DNA from: Amphiscolops sp. MND2022
Lineage: Eukaryota
Assembly: GCA_964187785.1 (NCBI GenBank)
Contig: OZ076409.1
Location: 18,416,001 to 18,480,000 of the forward strand
Direction: 5' to 3'
Length of the DNA: 64,000 bases
In this document: positions 35,177 through 49,394 of the stretch, piece by piece
How the letters are laid out: each line of letters starts with the position of its first letter
How positions within the stretch are numbered: the first letter of the stretch is position 1
The notes under the pieces: generated by a model
The model's input: only the letters and a program-made list of their open reading frames with translations
Told to the model about the DNA's origin: nothing
Databases searched by the model: none
Program-made: the position numbers and the translations under genes

Positions 35177-35344
35177 CAGTGGATTCCGCTTAATTCGTAC
35201 CGCTAGGGACCGAATAAATTAGTACGAATAAAGAGAAATTAACCGTATTTTATGACTTTGGTCGCCGCGAAACGGGGGTCTCAGATGCATACGAATTAAA
35301 CGAAGATCCGAATTATCCGGATACGAATTAACCGAAGTTGACTG
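35177..35344. mobile_element. Tc1/mariner-type MITE (degenerate)
   Basis: TA-flanked CAGTGGATTCCGCTTAATTCGTA ... TACGAATTAACCGAAGTTGACTG. Confidence 0.6.
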
Positions 35345-36129
35345 TATATGAACGTATAACAATGTATAATTTCACAAGTATAACAATGAATCTTAGTGCG
35401 AAAGAAAACAAATGCTGCAAATTTCGAATCATTCTATCTCGAAATGCCATAGGCCGTGATTCGCGAGTGGCTTTTTAAAAAAATATGAGTGTTAGAATAA
35501 GGAGATTTTTTCAAAATCATTAAATTTCGAATGGTGGTTGGGGGAGTCTCATTTTTTGGAAAATAAACGTTCACTGTCATTTTCTCGACAACTATTTTTA
35601 AAAAGTTGGATTGCCCACATTTCAATAACACTAATGCCCTTATTGCAGTAGCGAAGCCAAGCAAAGTGCATGCCACTTTTTGTTCAGCGTTTTTGACGAA
35701 GTCCGACCAGTAGGGGCACAAAGCGAAGGAAGAACAAGTCATGCAGGTAATTTTTTTCTAGAAACGTTTTTGAATAATGTTAGATGGAGTTGGATTGACT
35801 GGTGCACCCATGGATGTGAAATATTGTATTAAGGTATTTTTAATTATATTTATTTGTTACTGGCTAACAATTAAATATATTAAAAACATTGTCTGGTATT
35901 AGGTGAGGAAAAAATATTTTGTTCGGACAAAGATTTCGTTTGTTTGTACACTTCTTGGGTTGTTTTGTAAACTTCGATGATTTTATCAAACTTCCTGAAA
36001 TAATTTTTTACTCGACTGGTAACTATAGACTATAGGTTTAACTTCCTTATAGGTTTGAAAGTGAAAAAAATGGTCGTTTTCCGTACATTCCAGAGAGTTT
36101 TTTGCAGATGTTGTTTTATATTTCTCACA

Positions 36130-36320
36130 TTGTCTTGCAAGATTCGTCCAAGAAACTTGCAAGAAATGTCTTGACCTCTAAGAATCTTGCAAGAAACGTC
36201 TCAATCTGCAAGAAATGTCTGATCTGCGAGAATCTGACAGGTTTGTCTGAAATGTAAGATACTTTCAAGTTTTTTGCAGATAGAGTTTGATATATACTTC
36301 TGCAAGATTCTTGCAAGAGA
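36130..36320. repeat. Cluster of palindromic TCTTGCAAGA motifs (MITE-internal array)
   Basis: Repeated (T)CTTGCAAGA / CTGCAAGA motifs. Confidence 0.55.
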
Positions 36321-36422
36321 TGTATTGGAGTTTGACTCTGGCCAAAAATTGAATTGAGTTTCGTGCATTTCGCTCATACGATCATAAGATTATGTTGAGG
36401 AGAGAATGTCAAACTGGAGACA

Positions 36423-36990
36423 TGTTGATAAACTACCTGATAGACAGTCCCTTATTTCTGTTTGATCTAGTTTGATACCATTGATACACACTGAAGCTTA
36501 GTTAACATTAACGTTAGCATTGTTTGAATTCAACTTCTTAGTAACCCTCTCCGTTAACCTACTTTATGGCGCAGTCAGCAGCTTAAAGAATTATCAATAA
36601 TGAACACCGACCCAAACATGTCCGAACGACCCGGACAAACAACGACGACGATGGAGAGAAACATACAGAATTCCAATTTTGTCAGATAGAAACACAGACC
36701 TGACAAAAATCAATCCCAGAATGTGATGGGAGCAAATATCGGAAAATATTGACCTCACATATCATAAAAACCTGAAGACCTAATGGACCAGGGTACCGAA
36801 ACCATGATGCCCATACACTTTACCATATCAAGGGCGATGTCATATGGGCATTGGGTCCCAAAGCAAAACATGAGATAATGAGGGGTCAATTGGGCAGAGA
36901 GCTGAAAGATATCAATCTTTCAGACCTACTGAAACTGTTCAAAAAAACCTTTATACCCGCCCGAAATGTATTCCACAGCAGAGTGGTAAG
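36423..36990 (+). mobile_element. Gypsy remnant: partial LTR, tRNA-Ser-type primer-binding site (PBS) and decayed gag
   Basis: PBS TGGCGCAGTCAGCAG at ~36567 is identical to the PBS of the element at 50291. Downstream peptides VIWALGPKAKHEI and FIPARNVFHSR resemble that element's gag (FIWGIGPEALYQM, FLPKRNTYHNC). Confidence 0.6.
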
Positions 36991-38821
36991 TTGCAACATG
37001 ATTCAAAAATGAAGAAACGAAACGTCAGAGAGGAACACCTTCCAGGAGATAATGTCACCAGAAAAACGAAAAGCTGAACAATTGAATATCACCCATGACA
37101 TGAAATATACTGAGCCTTGGTATGTGCGGATGAAGACCGAATGACCGAAAAGCGTTATTTAGAGCCTCAATGAAATGCCAACAAATTTCAAAACTTTCCG
37201 CGTAACATGAATCTTGAAGTGTAACACTTTAGAGAGCGACAAATATGAAACGTGATTTGTCGTCAAAAGCGAAGTACGTCTTCGGAACACAGACATTCTT
37301 GTTATTCGCCAAATAATCATTCCAAAAAGCTTTCAGTTTTTCAGTACACGAAATTATGGGTTACACGACATTTCGGAAAGTTTTTCTCCTGAATAAATTC
37401 TTTACCGCAAGTACATTTTCATGAATTTGATAAATACTCATTCTGAGAAAAATATTGTACGCAATTTTTTTTCATTTCAACGTTAAACATTAATTTTGTA
37501 AGTGCAAAGTGATTTATTTATCAAGTGGCTATGTTAAAGATTGGGCGATTTTCATTGGCTAAAATTGAAGACAGAGCCTTCCTAAAATCGCCGCGCGACT
37601 TCACGTTCGAATGAAAAAATCAGCGTTTACAAGTGTCGGACAATTCTTTACTGTTTTACGCCAGTGGTCCAGTTTTATTCTGCAAGGTATTCAATGAGGC
37701 AATCAAAATGGTGGATCAAAAATACCCGCGTCGATTGATATATCATATGTGGAAATCAGGTATGACTGTTTCACTTTGCCAATAAAATTTGTCTTGGAGT
37801 CATTTTTTACAACAAGGATCCAAAAACTCGTGCAATCGACACACTATGAACTCTTAACTGATTTTCGTTTCAATTTTTGTTTTCAAACTAATTTCATTAG
37901 TTTCTCTGATGCTTATTGAATTTCAAGCATCATCCTTTCAAATTATACATGTATAGAATGCTGCCTAGACTCAGCTGCCTGAAGCGAACTTATATGTAGG
38001 AAATAATTGCAATTTATTGCAGAACTTGCAATCAATTAATTGTAATTGCAAATTCTGCGCAATCAATAAATTAATTGCAATGCAATTTGTTCCCTACTCC
38101 TGCCATGCTCAATATGAGAAAAATAATTACAAAGACTCTGCAACTGAATTTCCAAAGTTTTTTATGTGAAAATAATCATTTACAAACTTGTCTCAATAAT
38201 TTGTCCGTTGACAAAAAAACGGCTATCCAGATTTTGTGCCTTTCCAGAAACATGGTCGTCTACATGAGTGTTTCCCTAATAAGTGCCAAAACTTATTGTC
38301 TTACCGTATGTGTCAAAAATATTGTCATACTCACAATGTGATATGTTGGCACTTTCCAAACCTGCAGTTGGTGGTCATTACCTTTTCAATTCTTTGCTCA
38401 AGCTATTGCTAAGCTTTTTTGAAAAATTCTTTTCTGTTACAAGTTTTGATGTAACTTAAAGAATCGGGGAGTTCTACGACCTCCAGATATCTCATTCCAG
38501 GAATCTAACCCGTCTCTGCCTATCATACAATGATGCTAGATGTCATGGGCAGTTTGTATTCGCTTTCCATGCGCATGAGCTGAGAGCAGACGCAGCAGAC
38601 AGAAGAGCATTAGAAAAGAAACTCTACTTCCAAAATGGACCCACAATAGCAGCTGCCATACACACCTTTGACGCAGTGTAATTTGTGGCATTTATTAACG
38701 AGGGGCTACTTCATGCATTGAATTCTTCCTTCAGGAATGAGTTCGATTGCCTAACTACTTTTCTTCCGTACATGGAGCCCTAGCATTTGAGCTGAGTGGC
38801 TAGCATTGTTGTGCTTTTTTA

Positions 38822-39087
38822 TTTTCCGCCCACATATAATGGGGGAGGAAAATCACAAACTGTGTTGCGTTTTTCAAAATTCTGCCAATTCTCCACGATC
38901 TCCATCCACTTCACTTAGTTAGTTGAGTATTTTAGTTACTTCACTATTTTACTAGTAACTATATTACTAGTAATTATTACAGTCAAGTAACTAAAATAGC
39001 TATAACTCAGTTAGAGTCATAACTATGGCTCAGTTGGTAAAGGCGCAGAAGGCGGAAATAACCCCAGGGCTTAGCGGGCGTCTTGTT
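38822..39087 (+). mobile_element. HINE-like element, same family as 18800-19521
   Basis: Same 5' end; sub-terminal GGCGGAAA is inverted to TTTCCGCC; 3' end TAGCGGGCGTCTTGTT; A-box-like TGGCTCAGTTGG inside. Confidence 0.55.
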
Positions 39088-41149
39088 ATTAGTTATCTCG
39101 TGTAGTTGTTGATTAAGCTCATTCAAAGTTCAGATAACTTTTCTATTGCAGTACATTGCAAGCCTGCAATAAACAATTTATTGCCGTAACTTCAATTGCA
39201 AGACAATATTTTCCATCCCTGGTTCTTGCCTAAATTTAACGGCAGCGCCACGGAAACAAAATTAACGACCGCTTAACTAAGCCTCGGATTTTAAAATTGA
39301 ACCAAAAGGCAAGTCAAGCCAAGATCCGTTAAACTCTGAAAACAAATGCACATTCGAAAGAGCACATGAAATGACAGCACAAGATGGATCATGAAGCCAG
39401 AACTGAATAAAAAAGAGAAGCAGTCGAGGATAGATTGAAGGGAGTCAAATAATCACGACTCAGCCAGCCAATAAATGCAAAGAAAAAGTCACGAATTTCA
39501 TTATTGTATACGTAATTAATAGGAAAGTGAAGTCGGCCTTAGACAATTTTAGCAAAATGAACGTTGCAGAAGCTTCCTCAACGTCATTGGTATCAATAAT
39601 CTCCTCGTTATCGCACCGTGATCAACTGAATGGTAAAAATCGTGAAAGCAAAAACGAAGCGTCGAAATCATTTGCAAAATGAATATCACAGATGTATTTG
39701 CGTTGCAATGGATGAACGGACTGGAAGAAATCATAAGTCATTGCGTGGATGTACAGTAGTGATTCTAGAAGAAGCAACATAGCACGCGGAAAGAAAGCAT
39801 ATAAACAAATATCATTGGCTAATCAAGATCTCACGCGCTCTTTTCATTGATCGAGAGCGATTTCCGGAACATCATGTTTCTTAGTTTTCTGAATTTTTGA
39901 CCCTATTACAATTTTTTGGTTTCAAAATAATTTTGACAGAAACATTCTCCCAAACATTTCGAATCTGACAAAATAATCATTATTTAAAATTATAAAATCG
40001 TTCAAAGTTAACACTTTTGTTTTTATCAGCGACATCAGAAAGTAGTTTTGAGTCCTGGAAACTTTCTGAGTAGAATCCATTTTGAATTTCCTTGTTAACT
40101 GGCTTCGTTTTTTGTCGATAATCCCACATTATGTGGGTCCTTGAAGATGAGACCTTGAAGATGATATATGTGGGTATTTCTGGGAGTTTCAGTTTTTCTC
40201 GGGAATGGAGCTTTTTTTCATCTGCATTGAGGACGATCCATTTCACAGACTTTCTGGCGGTTTTCCTCAAACAAACAAAACACTACTTGTCAAAACTTTC
40301 AATACTTTCATCCTAAAAGTTATTCAAAATCTTTGAACACTTCCAAAACTAGTTTCAACATCAAACCTCTAACAGTTTTGAAATTAAGTGAATTGAAACG
40401 AAAATTATGAATTTCCTCGAAGAAAAAACTAAGCTAGTTTTCCTAAGCTCATTTGAACTAAGTGCTAACTGATCATGTCAGTAAGCAAAATTTTCGACCG
40501 TTACTTTAATGATTTGATTTAATTGCTCACTGATCATGCCTGTAAGCAAATTTTTTAAATTGAAAGTTTATGATTTGAATTCTCGTGGTTAAATTCAATA
40601 CTAATCGTCATTGAATCAATAGCGATGTTTTCCGACAATAACTGAAACATCAAGTGAAATTGATCCATTGCAATCTTCACAACAATGTTTATGAAACTAT
40701 CTTTAAAATAGGTAAAGCAATGACTCACAAAACGCGTAAAATAGTCAAGTTCATTACTGTGGTACACTATTTGACTAATTTACACCACGTAATTAGTAAG
40801 ACGGCGTAATTCAGTCAAAATGCGCAGTGGAAAATTGCGTAATTTAGTCAAAGTGCGTAGTACTGCATCTGTGCGTAATTCAGTCAATTAGTGTAAATTT
40901 ATGGACCGGAAAATAGTGTAAACCAGTCAGTTAGTGAAGTTTAGTCGTTCAGTGTAACTAATTATCACTTGGTGTAATAGGAGAAAAGTGTAAAACTGTT
41001 TTTATAATAATAACTCACTGTGATTGGTTTTTAATGCAAGTCGCAAGATCAGGGAACTTGCTTGCGGGGATATATATCGGAATGTACTCCTTCAGTTTCT
41101 TTTTCCCGTTCAAAGAAAGCGTTTAGCTAGCCTGAAGGATCATTCTGGA

Positions 41150-44100
41150 CGGTAGTCGAGCGAAAAAAACTACTGCAACGATCTTTTTTATGTGACTCAG
41201 TTTTAGATGTATATCGGAATTTCAGTTTTGTCTGTTTCATATGACTCAGCTCAAAGTGAAGAAAGTAGATTGTTGATGACAATTGTTTTATTAGTAGTAG
41301 AATATAAAGATATAATAAAGTCTTTGTCGTCGCGGTTCATTGCATCTATTGTGTCATCCTGTGATTTGCTAGTCATCGCGATTGGTCGATCTTGTAGTCT
41401 CCTCAACGAAATTTTGGTCCCTAAGGGTATATATCTTTGACAGTTATGGCACTCGCCACTTTTAAGGGAAGGGAAAGTCCCGTTCAGAGCGATAATGCCA
41501 TCAGACACTTGACGACGACGTCGAGGTGGCGTAAAACAAAGAGAGATGACGAAGCGACCAGTATTAACCAAGCGGAGCTAAAGCAGATGCCCAAAAAATA
41601 AAAAAACATACACATGACATAGAAAAAAATGAAAGAAGACGCCTCTTAAGAAAATTGTGAAAAGCATGGTGTATGACATACCGCATGAAATGACGAAAAA
41701 AGCTGGATCTACAACAAGAGCCAGCATAGCAGCGAAAGATGATTAATGTTGACTAAAGGTGTGGACTGAAAAGGGCGTATACGCAAACAACGAGATATGA
41801 TAAGCAACAATTGTTTGGTTATTGCAAACGTGTGACACGTGCCAAAGTGTGCAAAAGAGTGATTGTTTAATGATCTGAGTGATGGAAAGTGGGGCCAAAA
41901 CAACAGGAGTCAGAGCATAGGACTAAACTGTGATGCTGAAAAGAGGACCAGAGATTGTTGTGAGCAGAACGTTTGTTTGACTTTGTTTAGTAATTATTGA
42001 CAGATTTTATAAGGCGCATAGAGAAAATATCCAGGTAGAGCAAAACGAAATATGTTGAACAAATATACGGCACGCAATGAACAATGACACTGGCGACGAA
42101 AAGAGCACGGATATTGATATCAAAAGAGGAAGTATTAAATGGCAGAGGTCAACTGTATCGCATTTAACAACCCAAGGAATTGCCCAATTATCGAAACATG
42201 GAACGCAAAAAGGTACATTGACAATGTACAAAATACAAACAGTATAAAGGCACACAATAGTTCCTATTTCCAAAAGGGGGATTTGTTCTTCACACGGAAG
42301 ATCGTTACATGTTTTTGTGAATGGTGAGTAAACACCGTAGATTGGGAGAGGGGGGTAGGGTAAAGAAAACATTTATCATGCACTGAAAATGTTGGATCTT
42401 TGCTGAGACCACGTGATCATCTACATGAAAAGAATGGTGAAGGCGGATTTTGGAGGATTTTTTAGTGTTTTCATCTTTAACAGTATGGCTACAAGGAAGA
42501 AATTATTGCAATTGGTGGTAGCGGTGAAATAAGTACAAAAACAAAAGATGCAAAAGGATGGAAAGAAGGAAGCTACCGAGTCCTATTACCAAAATCGTTT
42601 TGAGAGTAGAGTACTGAGCAAAACTGTGTTCAAAAGGGTTTCTTAGTTGCACCATTTTCATAGCAATTGGTTCTGCCAATGTGCGAAACGCTTCCTGTGA
42701 CTCGGACGATGTTGTGGGAAATACCGAACTCTTTTTCTCATTGTACGCAACAACTCCTAGTTGGTAGAGGATTTGGTATTGTTTGTTGGAGGTTAACTGA
42801 AAGGAGGCTTGCTTGACAGTGGCATATTCTAATTTAATTTCGAGCAAACGGGAAAGTTCCATCATAACTCGAGCCGTAAAAACTGTTCCCATATCAAAAA
42901 TGTCTGTTTTTGGAATGTATAATGCACGCACAAAGATATGAAATAACTGTTTTGCAACATTCGGTGAACTTGCTTTGCGTAACGGAGTTGCAAAACGAAA
43001 TTTGCACATATTTCTTCAGCTGTTATGATATGGGTGAAGCCTCCTGATTCAGGTAAGTTTCCAACTAAGTCTATCTGTAACATATCACGTAACAAATGTT
43101 TGTCTGTTGACAGTGAGAGCAGAAGACCTTAATGTTGCATGTTTCGCTGGTTTTGTTTGTATACAAGAAGAGCAGTTTTTTCTTAGGTTGGTTAAAATTT
43201 CGACAAAAGATGGTAAATATAAATGTTTTGGGGAAAGTGCCACCGTTTTTGATATGCCATGAGGGCCGGCATATTTGGTATATTGAACCCGATATAAAAC
43301 TTCTTGACGGAGGTGAGCCGAGTTTACAAACTGACGTATGAAATGACTATCATTATCACTGTAAAATTTTTGACATACCACACTGTTGTGGTTCTCAAGA
43401 CGGTTAAAACGCTTGAGATGTTTGCGAAGCTCATGGTTCATAGAAGGAAGTTGAGAATGTGATACTGTCTCAATTCAGGTAAGAACTAATGGAATGTTTG
43501 AGTCTTTTTGTCGTTCAGCTTGTAGGTTCATTCGATTAGTTTTATCAGGCGTGTTCGGAGAATCTAACGACTTAGAAGCATTGAGAGCGCTCATTCCGGG
43601 GTGTGATTTCCGTAGATCTTTTGACAAGGAGAAAATTTTGCATCCATATTGAAGTAAGCTCACTGAATTATTAGATGTTTGCATTCCCATGTTCATATGA
43701 ACAGCTGCTACGGAAATCCTAATGTCAAATTTCATATCCTTTTATGGCTCTGGTTGTGAATGTGTAGCAGATAAACTGCTGCTGCATTTGCATTTCCTGG
43801 ATAGTGGCTTTTCACAAATATGATATTTCGGAGAGAGTGTCCGCATATCCAAAGGCTTGGTGGTAGGGTTTTTGCTTCGAAAAAAAAACGTGTCAGGCTC
43901 GTGTTGTCTACAGGCTTCCCCGAAACAAGCACGATGTCATTTTCTTTACCTAGCAATTGGTAAAAAAATAGCAATTTTTGTCCATGTTTTGGGATAAGGG
44001 ATCGAACATATTGGAAGAATCCAATAAATCGCTCCGCTGTTTGACAGCTTTAGGTACCTTTGGAGAAGATAGAAATTCAGACACTTTGGTTTTGTTAGGA

Positions 44101-47100
44101 AGCACTCCCTCACTTGTTAGTGTAATGCCCAAAAGGTTATTTCTTTCAATGCAAATCACATTTGCAAGGTGTCAAATTGGCCTGCGCACTTGAAATTGCT
44201 TATAAACTACTTGCAAATTTTTCAAAAGTGGTGGCACCTGCACATAGATCATCCACGTATTGAAAGCATTCGTCAGCTACATTACATGGGTAAAGGTACT
44301 TAGGCTAAAGGAACTGAAAGCACTGACAGAGCAGGTATGTCCTTGTGCTAGGCGTAAATAAGGATAGGCGTAAAATTAAGTCCTCGAGGGAAAGTCGAAG
44401 GCAAACAGTTGGACGGACAAAAGCTCTGCCTTTTGTAAGTCATGATACGCTTGGCTACTGTCAACCATAAAACTGCTTGCCTGCTAGATGTGCGTTAACG
44501 CCAGCCAAAGTAGCGATTGGAAAGTTGTGGTTATCATAGTCATGCCTTATCAAACGATTTTTGAGTCGCAGATAAACATCGATTCAGAGCTTTCACGAGT
44601 GTTTACGCACAGCAAAAATGGGGCTGGAGTCTTTTGAGTAAGTTAAAGTCAGACTTTAAAATTTTCGTTTGCCCCTATATCCAGACAGTGTCTCGCAAAA
44701 ATGTACTGATACTACAGTAGCAGGTTTTAAATTTTTGTTTTAGTTCCTCGTCAAAAGCAGAGTTTTCCCAACGAAATTGCGCCAATAACTTTTCTCAGTC
44801 GTCAGATGTTTTCGTAGGATTCCTTTCCTAGTTTCTCACGTTTTTTTTGGGCTAAGTATTTCATGTTATATCCATTTATGGATACCAGTTAGCGTTTCGA
44901 GGTTAGAATAGTTTTCGGTGGTATCGAACACACTTCATCTAGAGACGGATTATGTTCAGAGAGAGACAGCAATCAAACCTTTTATGGGTTTTACTAAATA
45001 GACGGACAAAAGTTCTGGACTCACAGGTTGTATAAATTGCGCGTGCGAAGCTGTTAGTTATGTGACTTTAGCTGCTAAGAATTTTTATTGACAGAGGGGT
45101 GATGTGGCGAAAGATTTTGGACTCCTAAGGAAACTTGTTTTTTTTTCATCAAGTGTGTTTGTATGTAACAATAGTACTAGTCACACATCGACCATTTTGT
45201 TTCTAAAATCGTGGGTTAGGTTCTACATTTGCTACGATTCCCTCACGAAATGATTCTGCAGAAAGTATGCCAGTGATTGTTTCGGAAGAAATCGATTTAA
45301 CTGTAGGGTTTTGTGCAGATTGAAGAAGAAAGTTTTTTGTGGTTGAAAATTTCTATTATTAGTCGGCGCGTTTTCCTTTCGAGGAAAAATGCCCGACTAT
45401 AGCAGTGACTTTTTTCTTCAGACTACAATCCTCACACTGAACGGTCCACGTCTTGGAAACAACCCTGAAACCACCTATGGCCGAGTCCGGCCAAGGCATA
45501 CTTAGTCCAAAGTGTCCCCTTTTCATTTTTTACTTTTTAGAGGAACCGAAAAAACCGGACGTGCCTAAAGTGTCCCCCTTAGGATATTTTGGCACTGTGC
45601 GACATTTTTTTCGAACATTTATACTGTCCCCAAAGGGTTCTGCCTTCGAGTTTTTTGATATTTTGCAACAGAATGTATATTAATGAATCCAAAGGGTCCC
45701 CTTTTACATTTTTCGGCACTGTGCAACATTTTCCGAAACAAAAAATTTTTTCGAAAGAAAAAAATTTCCAAACTTTGAGTTTTTTCCCAAAAAAATGTTT
45801 TGCACTTTTTGAGCCTTAGATGTAATGTCGCTCAATCTGAACAAAACGATTCTCACTACTTTAACAAAATTGGCTATCTCATTTCGCATTGCTGGTTTCG
45901 ACCGCAGCGAACCTACATGCCAACATCGCCTAACAACCAATTCTGCAACGCCAACGTTGTAGTTTTCCAATGCCAACGTCATACAACAGTTTCAGAGATG
46001 AACATTTGTTTCAGAGATGTCAAATGTGTTTGTTGTACCGGAGTGCATCAAACCCAAATGACATCTTCAAACTAAATGCCGCAATCATGGCCGTCTCAAA
46101 ATGATGCCAACTAGTCAAACAGCTATCAAAAGACTTGGTAACCCACACAATGCCGATATTTCTAAATTATCCAATCTTACTGACTGTACTGCTCCTGACA
46201 TCGTTATTAATTTATCTACAAAGCCGCGTTTATTGTATTATTGTCTATACCGCTTCAGTTTTTCCAGTGGAAGCCCTCAGTGATACAGATGTTCTCTCAG
46301 GTGGGTTGTTTCGTCGAGGAGCATTTTCCTTGTTCCAATTCTGGCGGTTCTGGTGGTGACTGTAGTTGTTATTAGAGTTGTTGTTGTTTTTATTGGATGT
46401 TTGAGCTGTAGTTAGCTGGTTAATGGTTGGTTGGAAACTTTTTGTCAATTTTGTGGTTTACTGGAAAGTTTTTCGGTTTCTTGCTTGAGAACATTTTGTG
46501 CTTTTGACAATTCATGGACTCCTGTAAAGAGATATTTTGTGCAGAAATGGTGAAGTTGATTCAATGCTGTATCGTCGTCTTCTGGGTAAATACGATACAC
46601 AATCATCCGGCTGGATGCTTTTGCGCATAACATCCTCAATTGGAGCATCCCTCGTCTGGCTGTGTCATTAAGGTGCCTTTCATTTTAATAGGCATTCCAA
46701 TAATGAATGCTTCTCGTACACGTCGTGTTCTTTCCGGAGCATAATCTTCAGCTGCTATTGCAGGTCTTCCTCTTGCGGCGGCTTTTGCTACAACGTTGGA
46801 GTAGGCTTCAAAAGCCAATCGTTGTAACTCTGTGAGTAAGTCCTGAGCACCTTCCTCAGGATTTCATTTTGCGCGAGAAGTAGCTTCTGTCTTTGGGTTT
46901 TTGGGTCATTTGTATATATATTGCGTAGCGCTGCTACTGCTTGGTCGTAGTCATCTCGAACTGCTGCTTCTTGTTGGTTGAAGAAAGTGAGCACATCTCC
47001 TTTTAGATGAAGGTGAAAGTATCGGTTTCTTTGTTCATTAGGTACAACTGCAACTTGAATGCAACTTCCAAGTTGCCGCAGAAATTCATTAAGGTTTTCC

Positions 47101-47711
47101 TCTTCAATTACCTTTAAGTGTTGCAGATTTACAAAAGATTGTATCATCACGCTGACATTGTAAATTTGAATTTTTGCGTAAAATGAGAATGAATTAGGTC
47201 TAGGAAGAGGAAGTATTTTGCTAGATTGTGTAAATTTGTTTGAGTTTTTCAGGTTGTAGAGGTTTTATATTAGCCATTCAAGTAGGAAAAATTTGCTGGG
47301 TGTATTTCAATTAGGAGCTGAAGAGAAAAAGAACTCCTGTCACCATGTCAGCAAGGGTAGTCGATCGGAAAATACTAGTTATAACAACAATTATTTTTTT
47401 GTAACTCAGTTTTAGATGTATCTCGGAATTTCAACTTTGGGTCCATTTACTATATCTTAGCTCAAAGTGAAGAAACCCAATTGTTGATGATAAAGTTGTT
47501 TTTTTTTTAGTTGTAGATAGATTTCATAAAGTTATATCTGTTATTTAGTGAAACGTTTTGAAATGAGTTAAGCTGCCTTCTGTGTCTGAATCACTGCCTC
47601 GCCGCGGTTGATTCCGTCTACTGCGTCATCCTGTGATTGTCTTATTATTACTATTGGTTGATCTAGCCTCCTCGAGGAATTTTTGTTACTTAAGGGTTAA
47701 TATTTATGACA
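41150..47711 (-). mobile_element. Old, heavily decayed Ty3/Gypsy element with two diverged LTRs (~41150-41442 and 47346-47711)
   Basis: Shared LTR blocks (ACTCAGTTTTAGATGTAT, AGCTCAAAGTGAAGAAA, GTCATCCTGTGATT, TAAGGGT...TGACA). PBS TGGTGACAGG follows the 5' LTR on -. Gag YFHLHLKGDVLTFF; RT CFQYVDDL (~44240-44270); integrase QIDLVGNLPESGGFTHIITA and DMGTVF. Confidence 0.75.
45359..45822 (+). mobile_element. HINE/Helentron-like element inserted in the decayed Gypsy (3' end eroded)
   Basis: The 5' stem-loop TT-AGTCGGCGC...GCCCGACT and the internal AAAGGGTCCCC/TTTCGGCACTGTGCGAC motifs match the reverse complement of 62474-62960. Confidence 0.65.
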
Positions 47712-49394
47712 AAGTCATGACAAAATGTTTGAATGTAAATTTAAAAGTTGGTGTTTTAGATTTTCCCACTTCAAAGTAAAGTTGTTTTCGAGTCTCAAGG
47801 GTATGCACGCCTTTGGTTACTTTTTGGAACAGTATGATGTTTGAAATGTTTCACAAAAGATATCCCTGAAATATTTCAATTATTCGGCTCTTTTTGAACC
47901 TTGGTCGAGGCACCGACTTGGACCGTTCCCGGCTTGTTCAAAATGGTGTTTGTTCAAAATACCTTGAAGATGTCGAAGAATACCGCAGTGCGACATCTTC
48001 TTGTTGGTGTATCTGTGTAAGCTGGACTACTGTTATAACAGCGGATCGACTGCTTCTAGTTCACCAAGTTTTCAACCGCAGAAGATCGTTTCTGGTTATT
48101 AGTAGTGTTCTTAAAATTTCAACTACCGAAAGTTCTAGATTAAGGGCGGGACGCTTTCAGTCGACATATCGAAAACTGCATCTTCGAGAAACTCGCAAAC
48201 TGAAAGTGTACCTCTGTCTGTTAATTTTCGTTTTCTTAAACGATAATTTTAGTTTTAGCTGGAATTTTTCATCCACCAGATTCTGCCATAATTTCTTTAT
48301 TTTCACGTCAATTTATATGCGATGCTGGAAGCCACTTGGCCTGGGGGTTAACGTGACTTTATCTACGGGTTGAGTGAGTTCCTCTGTCTGTACGTGGGTT
48401 CCGAAATCTTTAGGCTTGCAAAGGTTCAGGAAAGATCAACGGTCCACCCTTTGGAATTTTTTTTGGCACAATGCGTTTTTTACTATTTTTTAAAACTTGC
48501 TTGAAGACGGCGAATGTGGTTTCAGTTTGTGCTGCATGAAACAAAGCCACTGTTATAGGACACTGATATAATTCTAGGCTTCTCCAATTGTTTAAACACT
48601 CTCATGATTCAAAGCTAGATAGCCTAGTTGGTCGATGCGTGTGGTTTCTAGCCAACCAGTTGCGAGATCGGTTCGAAGAACATTCCTTTTTGCTTTCCTT
48701 CTTATATTTTTCAAAAAAGTTCTGCAATTTAAATGAAGTTTTTTGGAAAAAAAAGATTTACAGCTTTAAACGGGGTCCTGACATCGACATCTGGTGTTCT
48801 AAGTTTGGTCAAACTTATTTTGACTTTTCTATGTGGCTAAACTTTTAGCTTAATTTTGCTCATGAACTAACAAAGTATCCATATTTAGATTTTGGTGCAA
48901 AAATGTATTAATTACTATTATTAATTACAAGTATCACTTGAGTTATAGAAATGCAGTTTACACAGCAGGACCGACAATCAGCACAAAGATACAAAGTTGA
49001 GTAAAGCCATTTTAGTAGTACATTAATTCAATTAATTAAAAATTAGCTACATTGTTTTGTAATTTGGTGTTTCTTGGAATTACAAAGGATGTTTCAGGAA
49101 CTGAATGATTCAGGAAAACACTTTATGTTTTAAGATGAAAAATATATAAAGTTTAGGCGAAGTGAATAAATGCAAAATTGTAAATTTTTCTTTCGCTTGT
49201 TTCACTACGTTATCAAATTCAACTTTGATGTTGTCGACAACTTTTGGCGTCGTATGCTGGAGAAATCAAGCATTTTGACTCTAAACCTTTTTATCATTAA
49301 TTTTTTTCCTCACGGATACAATATTTCCCGCCTTTTTCAACTTTCAATCACCAGGTGTTTTCCCCTTGTCAAGTTTTACCCCAAATGTTTTTTT

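Noticed and set aside
39980..40270. 96-aa ORF as a gene or transposase
   Set aside because: No recognisable motif, a non-ATG start and an AT-rich context.
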